This document shows, one piece after another, positions 1 to 11,610 of a stretch of DNA of 64,000 nt; position 1 is the stretch's first letter, and every line of letters starts with the position of its first letter. The notes below the pieces were generated by a model, which did not search any database, was not told the DNA's origin, and worked only from the letters and a program-made list of their open reading frames with translations. The translations under genes were made by a program, and so were the position numbers. The DNA lies in assembly GCA_031414955.1 (NCBI GenBank), contig JANOQV010000208.1:1-64000 (forward strand), written 5' to 3'. The DNA comes from Pedosphaera sp. (lineage in GTDB: Bacteria; Verrucomicrobiota; Verrucomicrobiia; Limisphaerales; SIBH01).

Positions 1-57
1 CGGCAGCCCATTTTGCCGCCGGCCCCAATGAGGGTGATGGTTTTCATTTTTGGTGAA

Positions 58-1089
58 TCAGAAAATTTCCACGGCGCGATTTTCCCGCGCCGAATCGTAA
101 GCCGCCTGCACGAGCTTCAAGGTTTTCAAATTGTCCTCCGCGCTGGTCTCGGGCGCGGTGTTGGTTTGCAACGCGTGCAACAAATCCCGATGACAGGCCA
201 CGATGCTCGAATGCACCAGCGCGTAGCGCGGGTCGGCCCACGCAAACTCCGGCGGCGGGCAGCGGCGCGTCTCGGTGCCGCGGCCGGTCGTGACGCGCAG
301 CCAGCAGTCAGGGGCGAGTTCCACGGAGCCGAGTCCACCTTCGACGTGGATGAAGGTCTCGGGGAAACGGTCGTGCTCCACGCGGCTGGCGTAGCTGAGA
401 TTCACCACCACGGTCGCGCCGGACTGCATCCGCAACAGCACCGTCGCCACGTCCTCGCCCAAGATGCCGGTGCTGATCTGCTGCGTGTGGCAGCACAGCG
501 AGGCCGCCTCGCCGAAAAGAAACCGCGTCACATCGAGAAGGTGACTGCCCATGTCGGTGAGGATGAACTGCTCCAGCGTCTTGAGGAACGGCTGGTTCTC
601 GAAGACGGGAAAGCTGTTGCAGAAATCAATCCGCGCGCGGAACACCGACCCGATCACGCCGGAGTCCAAGACATTTTTCAGTTCACGAATGGGCGTCTGC
701 CAGCGCCAGTTCTCATGCACGCTGAACGGCACCTGTTCCAGCGCGCACGCCGCGATCATCTGCTCCGCCTCGGCGAGGTTCGGAGCCATCGGCTTCTGGC
801 AAATGACCGGCGTGCGATAAGCCGCCGCGAGTTGCACGAAACGGCTGTGCGTGTCCACATCGGTGATGACGTCGAGAAAGTCCGGCTGCTCGCGCTGAAT
901 CAATTCCTCCGCATCGTCATAAACCGCCGGCACGCCGAATTCCTGCGCCAGCGCCCCGGCCTTCGCGCGGGTGCGGTTGTAGAGCGCCACGCACTTCGCG
1001 CCCGGCACTTCGCGCCACGCGGCCAGTTGGTAGCGCGCCCAGAAGCCGGTGCCGAGAATGGCAAAGCGAAGTTGCTTCATCATAAGCAT
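58..1089 (-). CDS. Gfo/Idh/MocA family oxidoreductase, D-apiose dehydrogenase (ApsD)-like
   Basis: GxGxxA Rossmann start (ILGTGFWA), CQKPMA, HENWRWQTPI, GEDVAT, FPET and DNLKT motifs; downstream of a GH140 gene. Confidence 0.85.
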   Translation of the reverse strand: MLMMKQLRFAILGTGFWARYQLAAWREVPGAKCVALYNRTRAKAGALAQEFGVPAVYDDAEELIQREQPDFLDVITDVDTHSRFVQLAAAYRTPVICQKPMAPNLAEAEQMIAACALEQVPFSVHENWRWQTPIRELKNVLDSGVIGSVFRARIDFCNSFPVFENQPFLKTLEQFILTDMGSHLLDVTRFLFGEAASLCCHTQQISTGILGEDVATVLLRMQSGATVVVNLSYASRVEHDRFPETFIHVEGGLGSVELAPDCWLRVTTGRGTETRRCPPPEFAWADPRYALVHSSIVACHRDLLHALQTNTAPETSAEDNLKTLKLVQAAYDSARENRAVEIF

Positions 1090-1244
1090 GGTAAACGTGC
1101 GGCCGTGCTCCTCTGCTGACTAGAACGATCAGTTCGTTCTCTAGGCGGATTTTTCTGCACGCCCCGGCGTTTGGCCGCCCTGGCGTGTCCAGTCCCTGGA
1201 GTCAGCAGCAAAGCGGCACCCATTGGTTCCGTTGCCGGCCCGGC

Positions 1245-2666
<1,422 letters not shown>

Positions 2667-2721
2667 GCCTTCCGCCGAATTCGCGCGCTAGGACAAGGCA
2701 GAGGGAAATGTTGGACGAAAT

Positions 2722-3678
2722 TTATTTCACCGCCTCGGCGCGAAATTCCTTGGGCGTGCGGCCAAAGGCGCGCTTGAAGCGTTTGTCGAAATAGCTCTGA
2801 TCCGAGAAGCCCGAAGCGTCGGCGATGTCCGCGATGGAGCGATCCGTCTCGCGCAGCAGACGCGCGCCGTTCGCCAGACGGACATGGTTGAGATAGGCCA
2901 CGAGGGTCATGCCCGCCACCTGCTTGAACGTCTTCATGAACTGCGGGGGACTCATCCCAACCAGCCGGGCCGCCGCACTCACGGGAAGTTTTTCGGCCGG
3001 GCGCGCGTTGATGTGATCGAACAGTTTCTTCAACCGAAGCGAACGTTCCTGTTGCCGCATGAATTCCCACTTCAACACTTCCGACGCGCGGAAATGCGCC
3101 GCCAGATGATAAAGCACCTGGAGCAGAAACGCCTTGGAGCCGGCCTGATAAAAGGGCCGCGTAGCCCCCGCGAAATAGCATTCCAACAACCTGGCCAGGG
3201 ACGCATGCACGGCCGGCGCATTCACATCACCGGCGCGCAGAACATGGGGACGACGTTCGACTTTGGAATAGAACGGAAGCAAGAACGCGTAGTCGTGAGA
3301 GGGGGAACCCAGGCTGTAGACGAATTCCGGGAGAAAACTGATCACCACCACGCGCGTATCAAATCCGGGAAAATCCACGACGTGATGCAGTTTGAGGTTG
3401 TCCACTACGAGCAAATCGCCGCGCTGCAATTCCACCTCCTGATCGCCCATGCGGAAACAGGCCGGGCCATCGAGCGGCAGGAAAAGTTCCAACCGATCGT
3501 GCCAGGTCGCACCGCGCGTATGCCTTTTGGAGGTGTAGTGAAAGAGTTTGATGAGGAGCGGGAACTCTTCATGCATCGCCACCGCGTAATGCCCGCGCCC
3601 ATCGAGCTGGGCGGCGATGTTGTGCGGTTCAAAGTTGAACCCCGCCGCCGTGCCAAGAAGTGTCTGCAATTCTTTCAT
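2722..3678 (-). CDS. AraC family transcriptional regulator with cupin sensor domain
   Basis: N-terminal WHDRLEL cupin-like region; C-terminal HTH IADASGFSDQSYFDKRFKRAFGRTP. Confidence 0.9.
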   Translation of the reverse strand: MKELQTLLGTAAGFNFEPHNIAAQLDGRGHYAVAMHEEFPLLIKLFHYTSKRHTRGATWHDRLELFLPLDGPACFRMGDQEVELQRGDLLVVDNLKLHHVVDFPGFDTRVVVISFLPEFVYSLGSPSHDYAFLLPFYSKVERRPHVLRAGDVNAPAVHASLARLLECYFAGATRPFYQAGSKAFLLQVLYHLAAHFRASEVLKWEFMRQQERSLRLKKLFDHINARPAEKLPVSAAARLVGMSPPQFMKTFKQVAGMTLVAYLNHVRLANGARLLRETDRSIADIADASGFSDQSYFDKRFKRAFGRTPKEFRAEAVK

Positions 3679-4136
3679 TTTTGCTGCCCCGCCCCCCTGG
3701 GTGTGGTCATCAACTTAAGGAACGTATTTTGACCATCGTCCTCAGCATTTGACTCCGGGCCGCTGAAGGGTGCTGGCGCGGGCGAGAGTCTCCGAACTTC
3801 GAGGCCGATTCAACTGCCCGCACTGTCCGCCACGATTTGCGAACGGTGGTGGCTTCCATCTGGAGTGCGCGGTTGAAAGAAAGCCACCGGTTTGAAACTG
3901 ATTGGGGGCAGATGAAATCAACGCCATGCCGGGCCTGCGCCCGGTTCACCCACGGGTGGTTCCGAACATGGTTCAGGAACGGTTGGCTGTGTTTGGGCCA
4001 GCGGTGGGCCTGCGAAATGCGGCCATGATGCACCCCAAGGTGTCCCCCGGCCGGGAATCGGTTTGCTTTGGGAGCCGTTTCCGGGCACGGTAGCGACCGT
4101 AATGGCGCGACGAGACAGTTCCCCGAGAGTAGCAGC

Positions 4137-7076
4137 ATGATCGCTTTTTTCTACCGACTGGGCGTCACGGGTCTTCCCTTGGTCGGAGTGTTGGTGGTCC
4201 TTTCATGCTTCAATCCCCCGACCAAAGCCGCGGCCCAGCCGGCCAACCTCGCGGCCGGTCGCGGGCTGTTTGTCGATGTGCCCGCGCCGGCCCTGCGGGT
4301 AAACCTCGCGGCCAGCGTCTCGCGCCGTCGCGTGGTGACTGTGGACATCACGGCGGTGCGCTCGCTGAGGTCGGTGCAGGCTCGGCTTCCGTTCAACCTG
4401 TTTGCCGATGCGGCCTATGAAGGAGTGGTGGAGCAGGTCGTCGACCGGGGACCGGATGAGTTTACGCTCCAAGGCAGCCTGAGCGGGCAGCCGTTTTCCT
4501 CCTTCACCCTCTCAGTCAAGGCTGACGTCGCGGTGCTGAACGTGCGCACCACCGATCGTGGCCTGTTCCAACTCCGTCATCTGGAGAACAGCTTTTACGA
4601 CGTGCGGCAGATCGACGAGAGCCAGTATCCGCCTTGCGGGAATGAGGCGAAGCATTCCATCTCCATCCCGGCCAGGGCTGGAGAGCCTGTCCAAGGTGCC
4701 AAGAGTGGCGGTGGCCCGGCGGCGGACAGCGGCGCGATCCTCGACGTGCTGGTGGTTTACACCGCGCAGGCCCGCAACGCCGCCGGTGGCACGCCGTCCA
4801 TGCAGGCGCTGATCAATCTCGCCATCGACGAATCCAATATGGCGTATCAGCAGAGCTTGATCACACCCCGGCTAAGGTTGGTGCATCAGCAGGAGGTCAG
4901 CTACACGCAGTCCGCGACCTTTGACACCGATCTGAACCGCCTGACCACGCCCGGCGACGGCCATCTGGACGAGGTTCACGCCCTGCGCAATGCCTACGGC
5001 GCGGACATGGTCTGCCTGTTGATCGACAACAGTCAGTACTGCGGCCTGGCCCATGTGATGACGAGCCTGTCGCCTGGGTTCGAGGGCAGCGCGTTTAGTG
5101 TGGTTCACCAAGGATGCGCGACGGGCTATTACTCCTTCGCGCACGAGCTGGGACACAACATGGGTTGCAACCATGACCTCGCCAACTCGGCCGGCTCGGG
5201 ATTGTATGCTTATTCGTATGGCTGGCGGTTCACCGGCAATGACGCCAACGAATACCGCACGGTCATGGCGTACGCGCCAGGCACGCGCATCCCGCGCTTC
5301 TCCAACCCGGGCGTGCTCTATCAAGGTGTGGCCACGGGCGTGGCCACGAATCTCCCTAACGCCGCGCACAACGCGCTGACCATCAATAACTCGGCCTTCA
5401 CCATCGCCAATTTTCGCCCGTCGGTCGGGCCTTGTATCTTTGTCCTCTCCTCGGTGAGCACAAATATTTCCAGTGCCGCCGCGACCGGGACGTTTACCTT
5501 TAGCACTGCCTCCAATTCCTGCACTTGGACCGGCGTGACCCAGAGCGCGTTTATCTCGCTGGTCGGGGCCACCAACGGCACTGGTAACGGCTCGCTCGCC
5601 TTTGCCGTGCTCACGAACAACGGCACCACCGCGCGCACCGGCTCCATCTCCGTGGCTGGACAGTTCTTTACCGTGGTGCAGGCGGCTTACGCCGTTCCAC
5701 TCGCGGTCGCGCTTGATGTCCCCGGCACCCTCTGGTCCACCAGCGGCAGCGCCAACTGGTTCGGCCAGCCCGGCACCACTCATGACGGTGTTGATGCCGC
5801 CCAGAGCGGCGATCTCAACGGCCGGGAGACAAACTATCTGGAGGGCATCATCAGTGGTCCCGGCAACCTGGGTTTCTGGTGGAAGGTTTCTTCGGAGGCG
5901 AACTATGACTTCCTGAGTGTTTCCGTGGATGGGGGCGTCTCGAATGAGATTTCGGGCAACGTGGACTGGACCTACGTCACGCTGCCGCTCTCCTCCGGCC
6001 CGCACACGGTCCGCTGGACATACCGCAAGGACGAAACCGTGGACGCGGGCGCGGATGCCGGCTGGGTTGATCAAGTCCAGATGCCGCGCCGTGATTTCAA
6101 AATCCTGGCCCTGACCAACAGCGCGACGGTCCTCAACCACACCGCTGTGACCGGCGATGACCGCGGCGGCATGGCCGCGTCCTCGACTCATGTGTTCTAC
6201 ACGGGCGACAGCGCCACAGCCCGCTTCAGCCTCTTGGATTTGACGGGCGGCACCGGTCTAGGGCCAAGCTACGACGGCCTGATCAGTGATCTGCAAACGG
6301 AGACGGTCTATCTGCTCGCCAGCAACAATGTCCCGGTGAGCGGTTCCAATTTCACCGGCACGGCCAATCGGTTGCTGGAACTCACCGCCACCGGAACTTT
6401 GAGCGGAGGTTTCATTCCGCTCTCCCAGCCCATCCCGCTCGGCGGCACGCGCGGGGGCACGCAGTCGGGCCTCTTTTCCGGCTATGGGCAGATCGTGCTG
6501 CACAATCGCACCCACGTCTTCAGCATCGCGCTGCCCTCGGGATTGGTGAACGAACTGGGCCCGCTGGCCGAGCCGGCCCATGTGCTCTCGGACAGTTGGG
6601 CCTATTGGGGCGTGGCGGAGTATTTCAGCAACTCGGTGTATCTGGCTTACGTGCGGAACTCCACCGGCATCTACCGGATGCGGGTGCAGGATGGAACCAG
6701 CAACGCGGTGGCGGCCTTCGCGAACCTGGGCGACATGGCCAGTTTTACCGTCTCCGTGCCGCGCAGCCGCTGGTATTTCCATCACGAGACGGCCTCGCAA
6801 TTCAGCGGCGCGGGCGAAATCATTGGCTATGCCGGGGCGCGTTTCGCCCCGGTGCCGAGCGGTTACTTCGTGGTCGGCAGCACGGTCTGGAGCAACAACG
6901 CCGTGCGGGTGGAATTTCGCGGGCCGCCGCTGACCGCGGCCGTGGTGGAATTCTCCTCGAACCTGACAAGCTGGCTGCCGATCGTCACGAACGTGATCAA
7001 CACCAACGGCGTGCTGCGCTATACCAACTCAGCGCCGGGCGCATCGCACCGAATTTATCGCGCGCGCGTGCCGTAG
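4137..7076 (+). CDS. Secreted M12/reprolysin-like zinc metallopeptidase, multidomain (BACON-like and other beta domains)
   Basis: HELGHNMGCNH zinc motif, Met-turn TVMAY, PPCG cysteine-switch-like motif, signal peptide; start placed at ATG 4137. Confidence 0.85.
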   Translation: MIAFFYRLGVTGLPLVGVLVVLSCFNPPTKAAAQPANLAAGRGLFVDVPAPALRVNLAASVSRRRVVTVDITAVRSLRSVQARLPFNLFADAAYEGVVEQVVDRGPDEFTLQGSLSGQPFSSFTLSVKADVAVLNVRTTDRGLFQLRHLENSFYDVRQIDESQYPPCGNEAKHSISIPARAGEPVQGAKSGGGPAADSGAILDVLVVYTAQARNAAGGTPSMQALINLAIDESNMAYQQSLITPRLRLVHQQEVSYTQSATFDTDLNRLTTPGDGHLDEVHALRNAYGADMVCLLIDNSQYCGLAHVMTSLSPGFEGSAFSVVHQGCATGYYSFAHELGHNMGCNHDLANSAGSGLYAYSYGWRFTGNDANEYRTVMAYAPGTRIPRFSNPGVLYQGVATGVATNLPNAAHNALTINNSAFTIANFRPSVGPCIFVLSSVSTNISSAAATGTFTFSTASNSCTWTGVTQSAFISLVGATNGTGNGSLAFAVLTNNGTTARTGSISVAGQFFTVVQAAYAVPLAVALDVPGTLWSTSGSANWFGQPGTTHDGVDAAQSGDLNGRETNYLEGIISGPGNLGFWWKVSSEANYDFLSVSVDGGVSNEISGNVDWTYVTLPLSSGPHTVRWTYRKDETVDAGADAGWVDQVQMPRRDFKILALTNSATVLNHTAVTGDDRGGMAASSTHVFYTGDSATARFSLLDLTGGTGLGPSYDGLISDLQTETVYLLASNNVPVSGSNFTGTANRLLELTATGTLSGGFIPLSQPIPLGGTRGGTQSGLFSGYGQIVLHNRTHVFSIALPSGLVNELGPLAEPAHVLSDSWAYWGVAEYFSNSVYLAYVRNSTGIYRMRVQDGTSNAVAAFANLGDMASFTVSVPRSRWYFHHETASQFSGAGEIIGYAGARFAPVPSGYFVVGSTVWSNNAVRVEFRGPPLTAAVVEFSSNLTSWLPIVTNVINTNGVLRYTNSAPGASHRIYRARVP

Positions 7077-7804
7077 CCGGCCATCAGTTCGAGCATCGAG
7101 CGCACAGCGGAATCGAGCCCGGTGAAGAGGGCGCGGCTGATGAGGCTGTGTCCGATGTTCAACTCGACCAGGTGCGGCACGCAAAAAAGCGCGGGCAAAT
7201 TTTCGTGGCTCAAACCATGCCCGGCATTGACCTGTAAACCCAACCGATGCGCCAGTTCCGCCGCCGCGACCAGACGTTGCAACTCCTGCTCCCGGGCCGC
7301 CAGGTCGTGGAAATGGTCCGCAAAAGCACCGGTGTGGAGTTCGATAAACTGGCTGCCGATCCGCGCGGCGGCCTCCACCTGGGCGGGGTCCGGCGCGATG
7401 AAAAGGCTCACCTCGATGCCGGCGGCATTCATGCGCAGGCGTGTCTCCCGCAGCGGGTTCCACTGACCCGCCGCATCCAGGCCGCCCTCGGTGGTGACCT
7501 CCTGCCGGCGCTCGGGCACGAGGCAGACGATGTGGGGTTTGAGTTGCTCGGCGATGGCCACGATTTCCGGCGCGTTGGCCATTTCCAGGTTCAAGCGGGT
7601 CCGGATGGATGCACGCAGTTTCCAAACATCACGGTCTTGAATGTGCCGGCGGTCTTCGCGCAGATGAGCTGTGATGCCGTGGGCGCCGGCCTGTTCGCAT
7701 CGTAGCGCCGCACTGATGGGATCTGGCTCGCCTCGGCCAGTGCCGCGATAGCGCGCTTCGCGCAGCGTGGCGACGTGGTCGATGTTGACACCGAGTTGGA
7801 GCAT
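7055..7804 (-). CDS. pdxJ: Pyridoxine 5'-phosphate synthase
   Basis: MLQLGVNIDHVATLREAR, HLREDRRHI, VTTEGGLD, VNAGHGL, ELNIGHSLI; true start is ATG 7804 inside the longer ORF. Confidence 0.97.
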   Translation of the reverse strand: MLQLGVNIDHVATLREARYRGTGRGEPDPISAALRCEQAGAHGITAHLREDRRHIQDRDVWKLRASIRTRLNLEMANAPEIVAIAEQLKPHIVCLVPERRQEVTTEGGLDAAGQWNPLRETRLRMNAAGIEVSLFIAPDPAQVEAAARIGSQFIELHTGAFADHFHDLAAREQELQRLVAAAELAHRLGLQVNAGHGLSHENLPALFCVPHLVELNIGHSLISRALFTGLDSAVRSMLELMAGYGTRAR

Positions 7805-7806
7805 TC

Positions 7807-9384
7807 TTACTTCGTTGGGCGGGCTCGCGCCGCGCTGGGGGAGGGATACAGGCCGAAGGCCGGGAAGCTGGAGGAATCCAGCCAGCGGGTCAGTGTCGCC
7901 AGCTCGAACGAGGTCAGTCCCAGGGTGGATTTGCGCACCAGCGTCATTTGTGTCGGCGAGGTGGCGCGCAACTCCGTGGCGCTGTCCCCCAAATGCGAAC
8001 TGACCTCGACCTGCCAGCGCTGACTGACGAGGTTGGTCGTGCTGATGGGCCGCTGGGTGCCGATTTCGGAGATTTGGTAGAGCTGCCGCCAACTCGGCAA
8101 ACGGAACTGGCTCGATTCCCAATCGTAAAGCACGAGATCCTGGCCTCCCCTGAGTTGCGCGAACAGTTCCGAAGGAGGTTGGCGCCTGGTTTTCGTCAAC
8201 GGGAACAGGCTCAGCGTGAGAAACTCGGTGTTTCCATCCCGGCTCTGGAACAGCGAGGGCACCGCCATCGGCAGCCCGGACCACACCAGTTCCTGGCGGG
8301 CCGGATTCCAGTCCACGTTCCCCTGCAATTTGGTGCCCAGGGTGCGATGCACTTCGGCGCGCAGTCGCGCCGCGATGGCGGGCAAACGGTTGGTCACGTT
8401 CTGCGCCGGCGTGGTGTAACAGAACTGGAAGGGCAAATCGCGGTTGCCCCAGCCGCAGACCTGGCTGGGGATCGGCGTCCAGCCGGTGTTGTGAATGACG
8501 GGCAAGGCGTCCAGAACTCCCGCCACGCCTCGCACCACCGTGAAATCCATGATTCGATCGGACATCAGGTTGGTCGGAATCTGCCACGGCTCGCTCTTCC
8601 ATTGGTGGGGCTTGGGAAAATCCAGATGAACCAGGGTGCGCACGAAATCAGCGCGGTTGCTCAGGGAGAAATGTGCCGTCGGCAGGTTGTTGAAGTATTC
8701 CAGCCAGGGGATGCGGCCCTTGAAGTGCGCCAGGTTCGCATTCCCTTCGAGCCAGGCCCCGGCGGGCCGGTTGGACTTAATGCGCGCCACCAGGTTGGAT
8801 TCGACGTTTGCGGCGTCCTGCCCCACGGTCAACGTGCTCCAATCTCCCGCGCGACTGAGTCGAATCGAGAAGGCTCCCGCCTTGGACAGCTCCCAACCGC
8901 TGCGTCCGGCCAGGTTCAGGGTCGTCGGATCGCCGAGCTTCCAACCGGCCAGCACCTGGCGGAGATTTTTATCCCAAGCCTGCGCCCGCGCTTCGGGCAG
9001 TCGGACGGCGAGGGAAAACACGGGCGTGGCCCGCCAGTCGAGGTGGGATTCCCGAGCCAGCACGTCTTCAAACACCGGACGGAAAAGCGCGGCCTGATCG
9101 GTGGCTCCCTTGGGGAGCGCATTGCTCAACCAGAAAAACGGCAGGCGGGAAAACCGGTCGAGGGCCAGGTTGCGCAGGTCGGCCGAGGATTTCAGTTGCC
9201 AGACCTCGCGCAGTTTGGCCGCGTCCGGACTCTGGAGCAGGTTGTCGCTGCCGACGAAATGAGCCTGGAGGATTAGATCCTCGCCGGTCATCCGGCGGGC
9301 CGCACCCTGCTTGGTGAGATCATTGTTGCAACCGGCGAGCGCGAGAGCGGCGACGACGGCGAGCAGGCTGACAAAAGTTTTCAT
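7807..9384 (-). CDS. Hypothetical lipoprotein
   Basis: Lipobox LALAGC after hydrophobic stretch; 525 aa; ends 2 nt before pdxJ. Confidence 0.75.
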   Translation of the reverse strand: MKTFVSLLAVVAALALAGCNNDLTKQGAARRMTGEDLILQAHFVGSDNLLQSPDAAKLREVWQLKSSADLRNLALDRFSRLPFFWLSNALPKGATDQAALFRPVFEDVLARESHLDWRATPVFSLAVRLPEARAQAWDKNLRQVLAGWKLGDPTTLNLAGRSGWELSKAGAFSIRLSRAGDWSTLTVGQDAANVESNLVARIKSNRPAGAWLEGNANLAHFKGRIPWLEYFNNLPTAHFSLSNRADFVRTLVHLDFPKPHQWKSEPWQIPTNLMSDRIMDFTVVRGVAGVLDALPVIHNTGWTPIPSQVCGWGNRDLPFQFCYTTPAQNVTNRLPAIAARLRAEVHRTLGTKLQGNVDWNPARQELVWSGLPMAVPSLFQSRDGNTEFLTLSLFPLTKTRRQPPSELFAQLRGGQDLVLYDWESSQFRLPSWRQLYQISEIGTQRPISTTNLVSQRWQVEVSSHLGDSATELRATSPTQMTLVRKSTLGLTSFELATLTRWLDSSSFPAFGLYPSPSAARARPTK

Positions 9385-9468
9385 TGGCTGCGCTTACTTG
9401 CCAGAGGAACCACTGATTGGCAACTCCGCTCTTGGTCGCGCGTCCCACCGGGGTGCAGCCCGCCGGGC

Positions 9469-11403
9469 TTACCCCACATCCACCCGCGCCACGGCGTAGG
9501 GCGCGAGTTTGAGTTCGATTTTGCCGGATATGGAGGTCACGGATTCGCCGAGCTCGGCGCGAAACTTCTCCGGCGCGAGCATTGCGGCCGCCGTGTTCGC
9601 CGCGTGTAACTGCTTGACCCGCGCCTGGCAGGTGCCGGTTTTGATTTTGATTTCCTGTTCCTCGGGCAAAAGGTTCGCCACCAGGATGCGCTTGCAGTTC
9701 TGGGCGTCGAGCAGCGTGAGCGCCTCGACCTGAAGCGGGTGCGTGGATTGCGTCGGGAGCACGCGGTTGAACCCGGCCGTTTCGGCGAGCGCGAGATACA
9801 TTGGGAAGACCGCGCCGGGCCGGGACGGAAATTGCGCCGGCAAAGCGGATCCATGCGCCCCTTCCATCAAGCCGCGCCAGCCGGTCGTTTCAAAGTAAGT
9901 CGCGCTGTGAACGTGCGGCGAAAGCGCCAGCCGCGAAAGATGCGCCACCGTCCAGACCGCGCCGAACAGGGACATCTGCCGCGGGTCCACGTCGCCCGGT
10001 AACTGCCCCCCCGACAAGTCATCCGGCCCGGCCGGCACCTTGTGCCAGGGGCGTAACGTGATGGGTGACACGACCACCTGCTGGGGCGAAATGGTCTTCG
10101 CGCTCTCCACCGTCTCGAGGATGTCGGCGATGTTCTCAATCATGGTGCGCGGATCGCGCAGGTGAACTTGAGGCGTGTTCGGATAACAGGGCAGGGCGGT
10201 CGAATCCACCGGCGGGCGGTTGCGATTGAACTCGGTGAAGAACGGCGCCGCCCCCGCCGCGACGAGTATCTGTGCGCCAAAGGCCGAGAGCCGCTGCCGG
10301 GCCAGCTTCACCACCTCCGGCGGCGCGATGCTCTGGCCCTGCTGATAAACGATCCAGAGCGACACCTCGGGGCGCACCAGTTCCAACTCGCGCGAGAACT
10401 CAGCGAGTTCCGTTTCAGGATTCGCGCCCAGATGCAGCGCGCATTGCAGCGAGAGGCGCAGTTGTTGGGCCTGGGCCGAGGCCGCGCGCAGTTCCGCCTG
10501 CCAGTCGTGGGCGAACGTGACATCGCCGCGCAGATGCGTGAACTGCAAGGCGCGCAACCGCTCCGCCTCCAGTTCACTCAAGGGCTGCCCATGCTTCGCC
10601 ATGCGCACCCCCAGCGCGGGCCGGGCGAGCACGGGCGTGGTGAGAATGGAGAGTTGCGCGCCGCGCCCCTGGTTGACTGGCAGCACCTTCTTCTGGCCCG
10701 GATTGAGCAGCGTGAGCGTAACCTGGTGGCTCACCCGGTCGCCGGACCGCACCGCCACCGGTTTGGGTAAATCCTGCGGCGTGCTGTAAGTCTTGAACGA
10801 AGTGTCCCCGTAGTTGCGCTGATCCTCCGTCTCGAACGCTTCGCCCTCGAAACGAATCTCCGCCTGCACGCCGGCCGCGACCTCCTGGGTGAGGGCACGC
10901 ACATCCTTGAGCGGCTGCCAGGGCGCGATGTTTTTCGGAAAGGAAGTTTCTTCACGCGTGCCATCGTGGTGTTCCAGCGTGATGGCTTTCCCGGCGCATT
11001 CAGCGATGGGATGCAGCACGCAAAGGCCGATGCGGTTGCGCCGGAACTCCGACTTCGCCTCGCCCTCGAACGAAAATGTGACCCGGCCGCGGGCGTCCCC
11101 GCTCACGGAGCCTTTCCACGCATAATGCACTTCGCGCTCGCGGCACTCGACGTCGAACGTCAGATCGAAGGCGTCGGCGCGCACCTCGCTCTGCAAGTTC
11201 GAGACCTGCCAGGCGATGGTGTTCCAGTTCTGGTCGCGCACCACCGCATAAACGCTGCGGATGATCTCGTGATCCCCGAGGCGCACGTAGCGGAGGAAGG
11301 CGTTGTCCGGCTCGAAAAGCATCGTCAACGGCCCGGCGCGCAGATGGAGCGGCGCGGGCGGCAAGGTTTCGTGGCCGTAGAGCAAAACATTCTGGTTCGA
11401 CAT
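9469..11403 (-). CDS. D-apionate lactonase (ApnL)-like protein
   Basis: LLYG..LRAGPL..LRYVR..VRDQNWNT, RNRIGLCVLHP, FETEDQRNYGDTSFKTYS, DPRQMSLFGAVWT resemble the ApnL family. Confidence 0.65.
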   Translation of the reverse strand: MSNQNVLLYGHETLPPAPLHLRAGPLTMLFEPDNAFLRYVRLGDHEIIRSVYAVVRDQNWNTIAWQVSNLQSEVRADAFDLTFDVECREREVHYAWKGSVSGDARGRVTFSFEGEAKSEFRRNRIGLCVLHPIAECAGKAITLEHHDGTREETSFPKNIAPWQPLKDVRALTQEVAAGVQAEIRFEGEAFETEDQRNYGDTSFKTYSTPQDLPKPVAVRSGDRVSHQVTLTLLNPGQKKVLPVNQGRGAQLSILTTPVLARPALGVRMAKHGQPLSELEAERLRALQFTHLRGDVTFAHDWQAELRAASAQAQQLRLSLQCALHLGANPETELAEFSRELELVRPEVSLWIVYQQGQSIAPPEVVKLARQRLSAFGAQILVAAGAAPFFTEFNRNRPPVDSTALPCYPNTPQVHLRDPRTMIENIADILETVESAKTISPQQVVVSPITLRPWHKVPAGPDDLSGGQLPGDVDPRQMSLFGAVWTVAHLSRLALSPHVHSATYFETTGWRGLMEGAHGSALPAQFPSRPGAVFPMYLALAETAGFNRVLPTQSTHPLQVEALTLLDAQNCKRILVANLLPEEQEIKIKTGTCQARVKQLHAANTAAAMLAPEKFRAELGESVTSISGKIELKLAPYAVARVDVG

Positions 11404-11610
11404 GCGGCGTGTTTCTAGCGAGGCCATGGCAACGCGGCAATGGAAATGCCCGCCTTGTCGGGAGCGCGCCCGCCTCGTCTCCGCTCCCCCCGGCGCGGCC
11501 AGGGATGAGAAACTTAAAGACGAGCGGGCGCTCTGTCGCTATGACGCGGAGGCCATGGGCGTGAATCACCAGCTATCAAACCGGAGCCGTGCGGTTTCAC
11601 CGGCGGAGGA

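Noticed and set aside
3680..4136. Long intergenic region as riboswitch or ncRNA
   Set aside because: No recognisable riboswitch motif or periodicity by eye; an Rfam/Infernal scan would be needed.
7805..8602. Apparent N-terminal extension of PdxJ
   Set aside because: Overlaps the upstream lipoprotein in another frame; PdxJ similarity starts at ATG 7804.
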